A stretch of DNA of 36,310 nucleotides from Candidatus Bipolaricaulia bacterium (GTDB taxonomy: Bacteria; Bipolaricaulota; Bipolaricaulia; RBG-16-55-9): the NCBI GenBank assembly GCA_042219045.1, contig JBDGQO010000015.1, forward strand, positions 1,402 through 37,711, written 5' to 3'. The translations under genes and the position numbers were made by a program. Below the pieces are notes generated by a model. The model saw only the letters and a list, made by a program, of their open reading frames with translations. It did no database searches and was not told where the DNA came from. Position 1 is the first letter of the stretch. Every line of letters starts with the position of its first letter. Below are positions 26,682 to 35,469 of the stretch, piece by piece.

Positions 26682-29255
26682 ATGAGCGACGTTCGCGAGG
26701 AGCTGAGTCGCGACTTTTCGTTGTTTGACATCACGATGATCGGCGTCGGTGCCATGATCGGCGCCGGCATTTTCGTGCTGACCGGCATTGCCGCCGGAGC
26801 CGCCGGGCCGGCGTTGATCCTGGCCTTCGCGCTCAACGGCATCGTCGCGCTCATGACCGCCATGGCTTACGCGGAACTGGGCTCGGCGATTCCGGAAGCG
26901 GGCGGCGGGTATCTCTGGATCAAGTACGGGCTCCCCGGCCCGAACGCGTTCCTTGCCGGTTGGATGAGCTGGTTCGCCCACGCGGTGGCCGGCAGCCTTT
27001 ACGGGCTCGGCTTCAGCTCCTACGTCATGCTGGCCATGGCCGAGCTGTTCGGCGTTCACATTGGCGAAGGATCGGCAGAGCTGGTCCACAAGGCGCTGGC
27101 GGCGCTGATCATCGCGCTCTTCCTCTGGATCAACTACCGCGGCGCCAGCGAGACCGGCACGATCGGCAACGTCATCACCGTCCTGAAGGTCATCATCCTG
27201 GCGGTGTTCATCGTCAGCGGCATCGCGGCCATCGGCGCCGAGCCCGCCAACCTCCAAAAGTTCTACGACTTCGCGCCGTTCGGCTGGCTCGGGGTCGTCA
27301 GCGCGATGGGCCTGACGTTCATCGCCTTCGAGGGCTACGAGATCATTGTCCAGGCCGGCGAGGAGGTGAAGGACCCACGGCGCAACATCCCGAAGGCCGT
27401 CTTTCTGTCGCTGGCGATCGTCATCCCCGTCTACATGCTCGTCGCGTTCGTCAGCCTCGGGGCGGTCAACCCGGACACCGACGTCCCGACGTTCCGATGG
27501 CTGGCCAACCACGCCGAACTCGGCGTCGCCGAGGCCGCGCGGCAGTTCATGCCCTTGGGGATGTCGCTCTTGTTGGGCGGCGGGCTGGTGTCCACCATGA
27601 GCGCGCTCAACGCGACGACGTATTCCTCGACGCGCGTGTCGTTCGCCATGGGCCGCGACGAGAACCTCCCCGCCGCCTTCGCCCAAGTCCACGAGCGCAC
27701 GCGCACGCCCTACAAAGCCCTATTGGCCAGCGGGGCGCTCATTCTGTTCATGGCCTTGGCCATCCCCATCGAGGACGTCGCCGCGGCGGCTGACGTGATG
27801 TTCCTGCTATTGTTTTTGCAGGTCAACGTCGCGCTGCTCACGCTGACGCGGCGACTGGGCGACGACCTCAACTATGGGTATCGGGTGCCCTTCTATCCCG
27901 GTCTCCCGATTGTCGCCATCGGCGCGCTCTTGGCACTGGCGATCTTTCTCTTCTTTTTCTCCCCGACGGCGTGGTATTTCACGCTGGCCTGGATCGCGCT
28001 CGGCCTGCTCGCCTACTACGGCTACGCCCGCAGCCGCGGCAAAACGGAGGAGCGCACGCCCGTCATGGACGTTACGCGCCGGTCGGCGGAGCCGACCGAG
28101 GGCCGCTTCCACGCCTTGGTGCCGATTGCCAACCCGAAGACGCTGCCCCAGCTCGTCGGCCCAGCAATCGAAGCGGCGCGGCAGCATGACGGCATGGTGA
28201 CGCTGCTCCACGTCGTGACGGTTCCGTCGTCGTTGCCCTTGGACGCCGGACGACGCTTCGTCGAGCGGAGCCAACCCCTGATCGACGAGGCCGTCGCGCT
28301 CAGCGAGAGAACCGACGTGCCCATCGAGGTCGTCACGCGGCTCTCCCATCGCCCCGCCCAGGCCATCCTCGACACGGCCGAGGAGAAGAACGTTGACCTG
28401 CTCGTCATGGGCTGGCGGGGGCGCAATCGCACGAGCCGGACGCTCGTCGGCCAAAACATCGACCGCATCGTGGAGCGGGTCAACTGCGACCTGCTCGTCG
28501 TGCAAGAGAGCTCCGAGGAGACGCCGACGTCGTTGCTGTTGCCGATCGAGGCGCCCTATGAGGTCGAGACGTCGCTGGCGATGGCCAGGCTGCTCAGTCC
28601 GGCGGCGGGCTTACGGTTGACGTTGCTGCACGTCTTTGCGCCTCGGACCCCCGACGACAAGCGGGAGACGCGGCTGCAGCGGATCCGGGACCGCGTGGAG
28701 GCGTACCGCAAGGCCCATCCCGAGTTCGCGGGCGAGATCAAGGTCACCGAGGACGTGGCAACGGATCCCGTCAACGCCATTGCCCAGGCCGCTCAGGGTC
28801 AGGAGACGATCCTGCTCGGCACGCCGCGGCGCAACTGGTTCCGTCGACGGTTCGTCACCTCCACGCCCGCCCGGGTCGCCGGTCGGGTGAGCCAACCCGT
28901 TGCGCTCGTCCGGCCTCAGGGCAGCGCCGTCGGCTTCGGCCTGCACCGCCTGATCGCGCGCCTTCGAGGCGAGGGCGACGATGCCGGGGAGGGCGGCGAT
29001 GAGGCCCTTGAGGCGCTGGAAGCGCACGGTCTGCTCCAAGGCGATGGCGCGACGCCGATTCCGCCGCGGACGCCGGCCCAGCGGGTCGGATTGCTCGTCA
29101 TGGCGGTGGCGGCTGTGGCCAGTGCTGTCCTCATGGTTGTCGGCTACGGGCGCGCGCTGACTTGGGTCGGCGCCGGCGGGTTCATTCTGACGCTGTGGGC
29201 GTTCACTTGGCGGGCGGTGCGGACGATCGATCGCGCGGCCGCCCGCTCGGACTGA
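26682..29255 (+). CDS. APC-family amino acid permease with tandem universal stress protein domains (857 aa)
   Basis: GAMIGAGIFVL, YAELGSAIPEAGGGY, FIAFEGYE, GEEVKDP; USP segments LVPIANP..LLVMGWRG..CDLLVV and LLLPI..ILLG; two extra C-terminal hydrophobic helices. Confidence 0.92.
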   Translation: MSDVREELSRDFSLFDITMIGVGAMIGAGIFVLTGIAAGAAGPALILAFALNGIVALMTAMAYAELGSAIPEAGGGYLWIKYGLPGPNAFLAGWMSWFAHAVAGSLYGLGFSSYVMLAMAELFGVHIGEGSAELVHKALAALIIALFLWINYRGASETGTIGNVITVLKVIILAVFIVSGIAAIGAEPANLQKFYDFAPFGWLGVVSAMGLTFIAFEGYEIIVQAGEEVKDPRRNIPKAVFLSLAIVIPVYMLVAFVSLGAVNPDTDVPTFRWLANHAELGVAEAARQFMPLGMSLLLGGGLVSTMSALNATTYSSTRVSFAMGRDENLPAAFAQVHERTRTPYKALLASGALILFMALAIPIEDVAAAADVMFLLLFLQVNVALLTLTRRLGDDLNYGYRVPFYPGLPIVAIGALLALAIFLFFFSPTAWYFTLAWIALGLLAYYGYARSRGKTEERTPVMDVTRRSAEPTEGRFHALVPIANPKTLPQLVGPAIEAARQHDGMVTLLHVVTVPSSLPLDAGRRFVERSQPLIDEAVALSERTDVPIEVVTRLSHRPAQAILDTAEEKNVDLLVMGWRGRNRTSRTLVGQNIDRIVERVNCDLLVVQESSEETPTSLLLPIEAPYEVETSLAMARLLSPAAGLRLTLLHVFAPRTPDDKRETRLQRIRDRVEAYRKAHPEFAGEIKVTEDVATDPVNAIAQAAQGQETILLGTPRRNWFRRRFVTSTPARVAGRVSQPVALVRPQGSAVGFGLHRLIARLRGEGDDAGEGGDEALEALEAHGLLQGDGATPIPPRTPAQRVGLLVMAVAAVASAVLMVVGYGRALTWVGAGGFILTLWAFTWRAVRTIDRAAARSD

Positions 29256-30011
29256 TCAGGCGTTATCCGCGGTCGAAGGCGGCGTGTCGGGGCCGAGCGC
29301 CCGGAGATAGATCATGCCGAGAAAGGCCAGGGGAAGGGGCGTGTAGGCGACGGTGATAAGCATGTCCACGACCATGCCCCATGGCTCGGCTGGCAACAGC
29401 CAGAAGCTGATCGCGAACGGCACCGCGTAGAGGCCCACGTTCACGAGCAGCGCGGGCCACTCGTCCCAGGCCAGCGCCTGGCTCCGCTCCAGCGAGGTCA
29501 TCACGGGCAGTCCCTCGGCAAAGCCGAAGGGCACGAGCGCCAGCGCGACCACGGCCACGAGCATCAGCGCGGCCACGACCGCGCTCCCCAACGGCCCGAG
29601 CCCGAGGCTGAGGAAGATGCCGCCCGCCATGAAGCCGACGATGCCCACGCCGAGCGCGATGGCGGCCATGACGAGCAGGAGCCCGAGATAGCTGCTGAGG
29701 CGTTCCAGGATGAACCCGTAGGCCTCCTCCATGGAGGCCGGCTGGCCGCGCAGGCGGCGCAGGATCGCGCGGGCGAGCGCCAACGAGCCGGTGCCCGCGA
29801 CCAACAGCGCGACCAAGGACAGGAAAAGCCGCGACATCTCGGTCAGGCCGCTCAGCGTGCTGGCGGCCTGGATGAGCGCCGTGAGGGCGAACGCGGCGGC
29901 CGCGACCCCGAGGAACGTCGGGGCGTTGCGGTGGTAGAGGCGCAGCGCCCCCCGCAGCAGCTCGAGCGTGCGCCAGTCGCTCAGGTCGGGACGCCGTGGC
30001 TCCTCGTTCAT
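29256..30011 (-). CDS. Integral membrane protein of unknown function (about 6 TM)
   Basis: Multiple hydrophobic helices and SLERSQAL. Its ATG directly abuts the prcB TAG. Confidence 0.8.
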   Translation of the reverse strand: MNEEPRRPDLSDWRTLELLRGALRLYHRNAPTFLGVAAAAFALTALIQAASTLSGLTEMSRLFLSLVALLVAGTGSLALARAILRRLRGQPASMEEAYGFILERLSSYLGLLLVMAAIALGVGIVGFMAGGIFLSLGLGPLGSAVVAALMLVAVVALALVPFGFAEGLPVMTSLERSQALAWDEWPALLVNVGLYAVPFAISFWLLPAEPWGMVVDMLITVAYTPLPLAFLGMIYLRALGPDTPPSTADNA

Positions 30012-30818
30012 CTATAAGTCTTTGAGCAGCTCGTCTTGGATCTCGCGGATGCGGGCGTCATCGACGCCGACGACGCCCTCGGCGGTGACCGTCTTCGCCA
30101 TCGGCGGCACGCCGCGCAGTCCGGACGTCGCCGGGTCGAGCCCCGCGGCGACGTCGAGCATCAACAGCCCCTCGTGGAGCACGTCGTCGAGGTCCATTTC
30201 GTGGAAGGGGCCGCGCCTGCGGACGACGTACTCGAACGTGCCGCGGATCTTTTCCGCGCCGGACCCGGCCGCGCCGTACTCGCGGCTCTCAAAGCGGGCG
30301 CCCATGATGTCGTAGAAGAAGATGCGGCCCACGTCGCCATGTCGGTCGTAAGCGCTGATGACGGGCAAGAACCCGCCAATGCCCTGCATGACCCCAGCGA
30401 GGTTCTGCGAGAGCAGCTTGGAGATCTCGGCCAGCTTCCCCTCGAGGCTCAGCTCCTGGAGCTGGCTGCGGGCGTAGTACTTGAACGAGTGGCGCAGGTA
30501 GCGGGCCGCCTCGGCTGCCTGCGCATACGAGCCCGCGATGGCGATGAGCGTGTCGTCGTCCAGGGGCAGAAGCTTCTCCGCCTCCTCGTACATGATGCCC
30601 GAGGTCGAGGTGGCGCGCCGGTCGGCGAGGTTGAGCACGCCCTCCTCGTACTTGAGCGCGATGACGGTCGTGCCGTGGGTGCCGAGCTCGCCATTCTCGG
30701 CGCGCGATCCGGAGGCCGGACGATCGGGGGCGACGATGGGATCGACGCCCTGGCTCTGGAGCAGGCGGGCGAAGTCGCCACTGGCGGTTTCGTGCGTGTC
30801 GAAATGGGATTGGCTCAT
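30012..30818 (-). CDS. prcB: 20S proteasome beta subunit with 49-aa propeptide
   Basis: HG|TTVIALKY cleavage site; mature Thr1, Asp17 (ADRRAT), Lys33; IAGS; LSLEGK; AGSG. Confidence 0.93.
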   Translation of the reverse strand: MSQSHFDTHETASGDFARLLQSQGVDPIVAPDRPASGSRAENGELGTHGTTVIALKYEEGVLNLADRRATSTSGIMYEEAEKLLPLDDDTLIAIAGSYAQAAEAARYLRHSFKYYARSQLQELSLEGKLAEISKLLSQNLAGVMQGIGGFLPVISAYDRHGDVGRIFFYDIMGARFESREYGAAGSGAEKIRGTFEYVVRRRGPFHEMDLDDVLHEGLLMLDVAAGLDPATSGLRGVPPMAKTVTAEGVVGVDDARIREIQDELLKDL

Positions 30819-30912
30819 GGTGAATCGCGTCGGGCGACGGTTTGGATCGCCCGTGCGGCAGTGGGTCGGTTGACGGGGCGAATGGTGCCATCCGCCCCGC
30901 TGGACTCGTCCG

Positions 30913-31092
30913 TTATTGGCCGCTGCGCTGCCGGTAGCGCCGGGCTTGGCGTGGATCCACGCGCTTCATGCGCTTGAGCAGGTCGCGGCTGTTCGGCTGG
31001 TCGACGTTGGGGCGACCCGGACCGTCGCCGTCGTCGCCGCCCGGTCTCGTCATCGGATCTTCCTGCGTCGGTCGTTGTTTGCGCTCAGGCAT
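30913..31092 (-). CDS. ubact: Ubiquitin-like modifier UBact (59 aa)
   Basis: Manual translation gives MPERKQRPTQEDPMTRPGGDDGDGPGRPNVDQPNSRDLLKRMKRVDPRQARRYRQRSGQ*. It has a GGAGG RBS, sits at the Pup/UBact position between dop and prcB, and ends in R[ST]G[EQ]. Confidence 0.92.
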   Translation of the reverse strand: MPERKQRPTQEDPMTRPGGDDGDGPGRPNVDQPNSRDLLKRMKRVDPRQARRYRQRSGQ

Positions 31093-31223
31093 CAGAACGA
31101 CACCTCCTCAACGAGCTGGGTATAGCTTATGGATTGCGGCAGGCCTTCGCCAACGCCCCGTGTCTGGGCTCGTCTCTGGGTCTGGCACAGATTGGCTCGG
31201 CAGCGAAGCGCGGCAAGCCCTCC

Positions 31224-32729
31224 TCATGCCGTAGCGTGCACGCCGCGGAGCCAGTCGTTGAGGTCGTCCACGGACGCCCCTGGGCCGATCCCGTCCCAGT
31301 GCGGGGACACGTCGCGATCGACCGTGCTGCGCAGGTCGACCTCGCGGATGTGGCCGTCCTCTTGGACGTGGACGCGGCCCCAACTGGCCGAGGTGACGTC
31401 CATGTTGGCCAGACACAGCGACCGGACCGCCGCGCGCGTGTCGCGCGGCGCGGTCGTCATGGCGTGGGCAATCTCGTCGTCGCTCGTCAGGCGCTGCACG
31501 CGGCCCTCGGCCTCCAACGCCCAGAACAGCCCCTGGTCGGGATCGAGCGAGTGGAACTCCAGCTCGACGCTGCGCAGCAGGTCGATGTCGTCGGCCCAGT
31601 CGAGCCCCTCGGCCGCGACGAACTCGTCCAAGAGCTGTTTCTTGGCGATCCAGTCGACCCGATCCGCGGCGCGAGCAATGTCGGTGTCGAGGGCCTCCAG
31701 CACGGCTTCCCACTCGGTGAGGATCCAGTCGGTCTCCGGGTCGCGGCCGCCGGCCAGCTCCTGGGCCGCGAGGAGATACGCCCGCTGCAGCTCCACGGCC
31801 GAGACCGACGTCCGGTCGGCCAGCTCGACGAACCATTGGCCCTCGGGGTTGCGCGCGATCGCGCGCGTCGCCCGAATGGGATCCTTCAGCTCGGCCGGGG
31901 GGCCGTAGCCGGCTTCCAGGGTGTCGAGCACCAGCGCGGTCGTGCCGACCTTGAGCGCCGTCGTCCACTCGCTCAGGTTGGCGTCGCTGCAGATGACGTG
32001 GAGCCGGCGCCAGTCGTCCCGATGCGCATGGGGCTCGTCGCGGGTGTTGACGAGCGGCCGGCGGTGGAGCGTGTCGACGCTCATCAGCGTGTCGAAGAAC
32101 TCCGCGCGCTGCGAGAGCTGATAGGGGGCCCCCGTCCGCCCCCGCTCGGCTCCGACCTTCCCGGAGCCCGTGAAGATCGGACGCGTGGCCATGAACGGGA
32201 TCAGCCCGGACGCCAGCTGCTCAAAGTCCAGGGAGCGACCCACGAGGTAGTTCTCGTGGGTGCCGTAGCTCATGCCGTGGTAGTCGGTGTTGTTCTTGTA
32301 CAGCGACACGTCCCGGCCCTTCGTCTCCCGATAGCGCTGCGCGGCCTCCCAGACGATGCGCGAGCCGGCCCGATCGTGGGCCACGAGGTCGCGCACGGAG
32401 CGGCACTCCGGCGTGGCGTATTCGGGATGGCCGTGGTCGTGATAGAGTCGCGCCCCGTTGACGAGCACGCGGTCGACGTGCTCTTCCTCCGGCGTGCGGG
32501 GGCGTTGCGCCGTCGACTCCTGGGCGATGCGGTCGTCGTCGGGATTGGTGTTGAGCCGGTCGGCTTCGAAGCCGCGCTGATCGTGGCGCGGGCGCTCGTC
32601 GCCGTAGTGCCAGGCGGCGCCAAGGGGCCCGCTCTGTACTACCGAGCGGGCTTCGCCGACGAGGTCGCCCACCCTGACCCCGTCGACGTGGAAGCCGTAT
32701 TCCGTCTCGATCCCGAGCAGCCGTTCCAT
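31224..32729 (-). CDS. dop: Dop-like deamidase/depupylase (PafA2 family, 501 aa)
   Basis: GIETEYG, LVNGARLYHDHGHPEYATPEC, YKNNTD, SYGTHENY, RPLVNTRDEPHA, RRLHVICSDAN, ASWG. Confidence 0.9.
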   Translation of the reverse strand: MERLLGIETEYGFHVDGVRVGDLVGEARSVVQSGPLGAAWHYGDERPRHDQRGFEADRLNTNPDDDRIAQESTAQRPRTPEEEHVDRVLVNGARLYHDHGHPEYATPECRSVRDLVAHDRAGSRIVWEAAQRYRETKGRDVSLYKNNTDYHGMSYGTHENYLVGRSLDFEQLASGLIPFMATRPIFTGSGKVGAERGRTGAPYQLSQRAEFFDTLMSVDTLHRRPLVNTRDEPHAHRDDWRRLHVICSDANLSEWTTALKVGTTALVLDTLEAGYGPPAELKDPIRATRAIARNPEGQWFVELADRTSVSAVELQRAYLLAAQELAGGRDPETDWILTEWEAVLEALDTDIARAADRVDWIAKKQLLDEFVAAEGLDWADDIDLLRSVELEFHSLDPDQGLFWALEAEGRVQRLTSDDEIAHAMTTAPRDTRAAVRSLCLANMDVTSASWGRVHVQEDGHIREVDLRSTVDRDVSPHWDGIGPGASVDDLNDWLRGVHATA

Positions 32730-32745
32730 CGGCCCACGGCCGTCG

Positions 32746-34461
32746 CTAGACGACCGACTCCAGTGGGGCGCGACGGTCGTCGTCGCGGATCGGTTGCACG
32801 TTGATGACGTTTTCCGGCTCGTAGTCGATCAGCTTGAGCCAGTCCTCGATGTAGTCGGTCTTGGGGAAGATCTCGTTCTCGCGGAACTCGGCGCCGATGG
32901 CCTCGTAGAGATCGGCCGGGCTGACGCCTTGCTCGTCGCTGTCCATGTCGATGGCCCGTTGAATGGCCAGGTCCTTGGCGCGCTCCACGGCCGACATGAC
33001 GACGGCGCCGCTGACGAGGTCGCGCCAGTACAGCGTCTCGCGGCGGCCGCTGCGCAGCGCGACCTCCACGAACGCCGTCTCCGGGTCGGTGCGATAGATG
33101 TAGTCGGTCGCGGCCTGCACGAGCGCCTCGCGGGCTTCGCTTTCGCTGCTGTGCTTCTCCAGCCAGGCCGGGTCGAGCGGGACGTTCTCGTCGAGATAAA
33201 TCCGGAAGATGTCCTCGGTCGCCTCGCGATTGGGCCGGTCGACCTTGACCTTGCGGTCGATGCGTTCGGGCCGAAGGATGGCCGGGTCGATGTAGTCGGG
33301 GCGATTCGACGTCAGCATCACGACGACGTTCTCCAAGCCGACCAGTCCGTCCATCTCGGAGGCGAACTGGGGCACGACGGTGTTAGCGATGTTGACGCCG
33401 CGCCCGCTGCCGCGCACGCGCAGCAGCGAGTCCGCCTCGTCGATGAAGACGAAGACGAGGTTGCCCTCCTGGGCGCGCTCGCGGGCGGTGCTGAAGATCT
33501 CGCGCACCTGGCGCTCGGTCTCGCCGAGCCACATGTTGAGCAGCTGCGGGCCGTTGATGAACATGAAGTGCTCCCGAACGTCGTGGCCCGTCCGCTCGCG
33601 GTACGACTCCGTCAGGTTGTGGGCCGTCGCCTTGGCGATGAGCGTCTTGCCGCAGCCCGGCGGGCCGTACAGCAGTATGCCCTTCAGTTGGCGCTTGCCG
33701 AACTTTTCGAAGAGCTCGGGATACAGGAGCGGGCGTTCGATGGTGTCGCGAATGAGCTTGATCGCCCGCTCTTGGCCGCCGACCGCGTCCCAGTCGATTT
33801 CGGGGATCTCCTCCAGATAATACCCGCCCATCTCGGTCTTCTGGAACGGCTCCAAGGCCACGCGCATCGACGGGTCCAGGCGGATCTCGTCGCCCTCGCG
33901 CAGCTCCACGTCCTCGAGGTCGGGCGCGCGCAGGATGATGCGCCCCGACATGGCCTGGCCGTCCAGCGAGATGCGCAGGCGCCCGTCGGGCAGCACCTCG
34001 GCGACTTTGACGATGGGGCCCTGGGGCGGATACCCCAAGTCGCCCACGACCGCAAACGCCTCGTTGACCTTGACGCGCGTGCCGGTGCTCAGCTCGTCGA
34101 CTTGGACGTCCTTCGTGTCGACGTTGGCGTAGTACTCCGCGTCGCCCAACGCGATGTAGGCGATGTCGTCGTCGGGGGTCTCAAGAAAGGTGCCGACGCG
34201 GTTGGCCGGCGCCGTCAGCTTTTCGTAGGCCTCTTCGTACTCCTCGAGCAGCTGTTGCGCCTCGCGGAATTGATTTTCGTCCACGCGGAGCTGATAGTCC
34301 AACAGCTGGAACAGCTCCTGGCGATCGTCGTCGGATGGCGTCCGCTGCAGGATCTCGTCGAGAATGGCTCGAGCGCTCAGCTGGGTTTCCGTGGAGAACC
34401 CGTTCTCCTCGGCGTCGTAGCCATGCTGGCCGTCTGGGGTCTGGCGGTCGTTCTCTGCCAT
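32746..34461 (-). CDS. arc: Proteasome-associated AAA+ ATPase (ARC/Mpa family, 571 aa)
   Basis: N-terminal coiled coil (EKLTAPAN), OB-like region, GILLYGPPGCGKT, FIDEAD, SNRPDYIDPAILRPERIDRK, ENEIFP. Confidence 0.93.
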   Translation of the reverse strand: MAENDRQTPDGQHGYDAEENGFSTETQLSARAILDEILQRTPSDDDRQELFQLLDYQLRVDENQFREAQQLLEEYEEAYEKLTAPANRVGTFLETPDDDIAYIALGDAEYYANVDTKDVQVDELSTGTRVKVNEAFAVVGDLGYPPQGPIVKVAEVLPDGRLRISLDGQAMSGRIILRAPDLEDVELREGDEIRLDPSMRVALEPFQKTEMGGYYLEEIPEIDWDAVGGQERAIKLIRDTIERPLLYPELFEKFGKRQLKGILLYGPPGCGKTLIAKATAHNLTESYRERTGHDVREHFMFINGPQLLNMWLGETERQVREIFSTARERAQEGNLVFVFIDEADSLLRVRGSGRGVNIANTVVPQFASEMDGLVGLENVVVMLTSNRPDYIDPAILRPERIDRKVKVDRPNREATEDIFRIYLDENVPLDPAWLEKHSSESEAREALVQAATDYIYRTDPETAFVEVALRSGRRETLYWRDLVSGAVVMSAVERAKDLAIQRAIDMDSDEQGVSPADLYEAIGAEFRENEIFPKTDYIEDWLKLIDYEPENVINVQPIRDDDRRAPLESVV

Positions 34462-34502
34462 GGGTCACCTCCGTCCAGATGGACGGGTAGATTTAGGGAA
34501 AT

Positions 34503-34531
34503 ACGTTAACGCTCGGTTCGGGCCGTTGCAA
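34503..34531 (-). promoter_or_regulatory. Putative promoter of the arc-dop-ubact-prcB operon
   Basis: TTGCAA-17 bp-TAACGT, with a GGAGGTG RBS before the arc ATG. Confidence 0.5.
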
Positions 34532-34589
34532 GGGATGTCTGCTGTTCGTTTGTGCAATGTAAGGGGCTTTGCTCGGCTGCCGAAAGGCA

Positions 34590-34665
34590 TGGTGGACCCG
34601 AGGGGACTCGAACCCCTGACCTCCTGGATGCCATCCAGGCGCTCTCCCAGCTGAGCTACGGGCCC
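34590..34665 (-). tRNA. tRNA-Ala (GGC)
   Basis: GGGCCCGTAGCTCAGCTGGGAGAGCGCCTGGATGGCATCCAGGAGGTCAGGGGTTCGAGTCCCCTCGGGTCCACCA: 76 nt, G3:U70, encoded CCA. Confidence 0.97.
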
Positions 34666-34761
34666 AAGGTTTTCCCCAGTGTAGCCGTTCAGGTGGCTCC
34701 GTTCAAGCGCCGGTTGTGCCCTCGAGGGCCGTCGGCTAGAATCGCCGCGAGGCCGATCTCC

Positions 34762-35469
34762 ATGGCAACCCGCGACGGCATGCGCGCGCTCATCGAGCTG
34801 GCCGAGCAGGACCAGCGCATCCAGAAGCTCCAGACCCGACTGGCCGGACTCCGCGACCAGAAGGGCCAAGTTGAAGCCAAGATCGAAAGCGAACGCGCGG
34901 ACCTGGAAGCGAAGCGCGCCGATCTGAGCGAGCTCGAGCGGCGCAGCCGCGAGGCGGGCGCCGAGGTCGACGATCTGGACAGCCAGATCCGCAAGCACGA
35001 GCACCAGCTGGAGGAAGGCCTGCTCAGCTTCAAGGAGATGGAGACCGTCCGCGACCGAATCCAGCACAACCGCGAGCGCATGGAGGCCCTGGAAGAGGAA
35101 GCGCTGGAGCTGATGGACCAGGTCGAGGCGCGCCAGGCCGAGATGGCCGAGGAGGAGGCGCGCTACAACGACTGGAAAGCCCGCATGGACGAGGAGCTCG
35201 CCACCCTCCAGGCCGACATCGACGAGCAGAGCCGCAAGATCGAGGAGGCTCAAACCAAGCGCGCCGAGCTCGCCGACGCCGTCGAGGAACGTCTCCACGA
35301 GCGCTACGAGCGGCTCCGTGGCGAGCTGGCCGATCCCATCGTCCCCGTGCGCAACGGGCGCTGCACGGGCTGTCAGCTCGGGCTGAGCGAGACGACCCTG
35401 GAACGCGTCCGCGAGGGGGGCGACCTGGTCACGTGCGAGAACTGCATGCGGATTCTGTACGCGTCCTGA
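34762..35469 (+). CDS. Coiled-coil protein with C4-type zinc ribbon (DUF164/HP0958-CT398 like, 235 aa)
   Basis: Long acidic coiled coil, then YERLR..CTGC..LVTCENCMRILY. Confidence 0.9.
   Translation: MATRDGMRALIELAEQDQRIQKLQTRLAGLRDQKGQVEAKIESERADLEAKRADLSELERRSREAGAEVDDLDSQIRKHEHQLEEGLLSFKEMETVRDRIQHNRERMEALEEEALELMDQVEARQAEMAEEEARYNDWKARMDEELATLQADIDEQSRKIEEAQTKRAELADAVEERLHERYERLRGELADPIVPVRNGRCTGCQLGLSETTLERVREGGDLVTCENCMRILYAS

Noticed and set aside
31108..31227. Possible 39-aa ORF (MRRACRASLPSQ...) overlapping the dop stop, as a second modifier
   Set aside because: No G[EQ] terminus, no SD and atypical composition; unsupported.
32794..34509. Long antisense ORFs (e.g. 32794..34509, 23211..25067, 31134..32804, 13172..14419)
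   Set aside because: They are shadows of real genes on the opposite strand, expected with high-GC codon bias, and have no motifs.
34590..34665. tRNA-Ala as an integration site making the proteasome locus an island
   Set aside because: I saw no integrase, no duplicated tRNA 3' end and no obvious composition shift in the locus.
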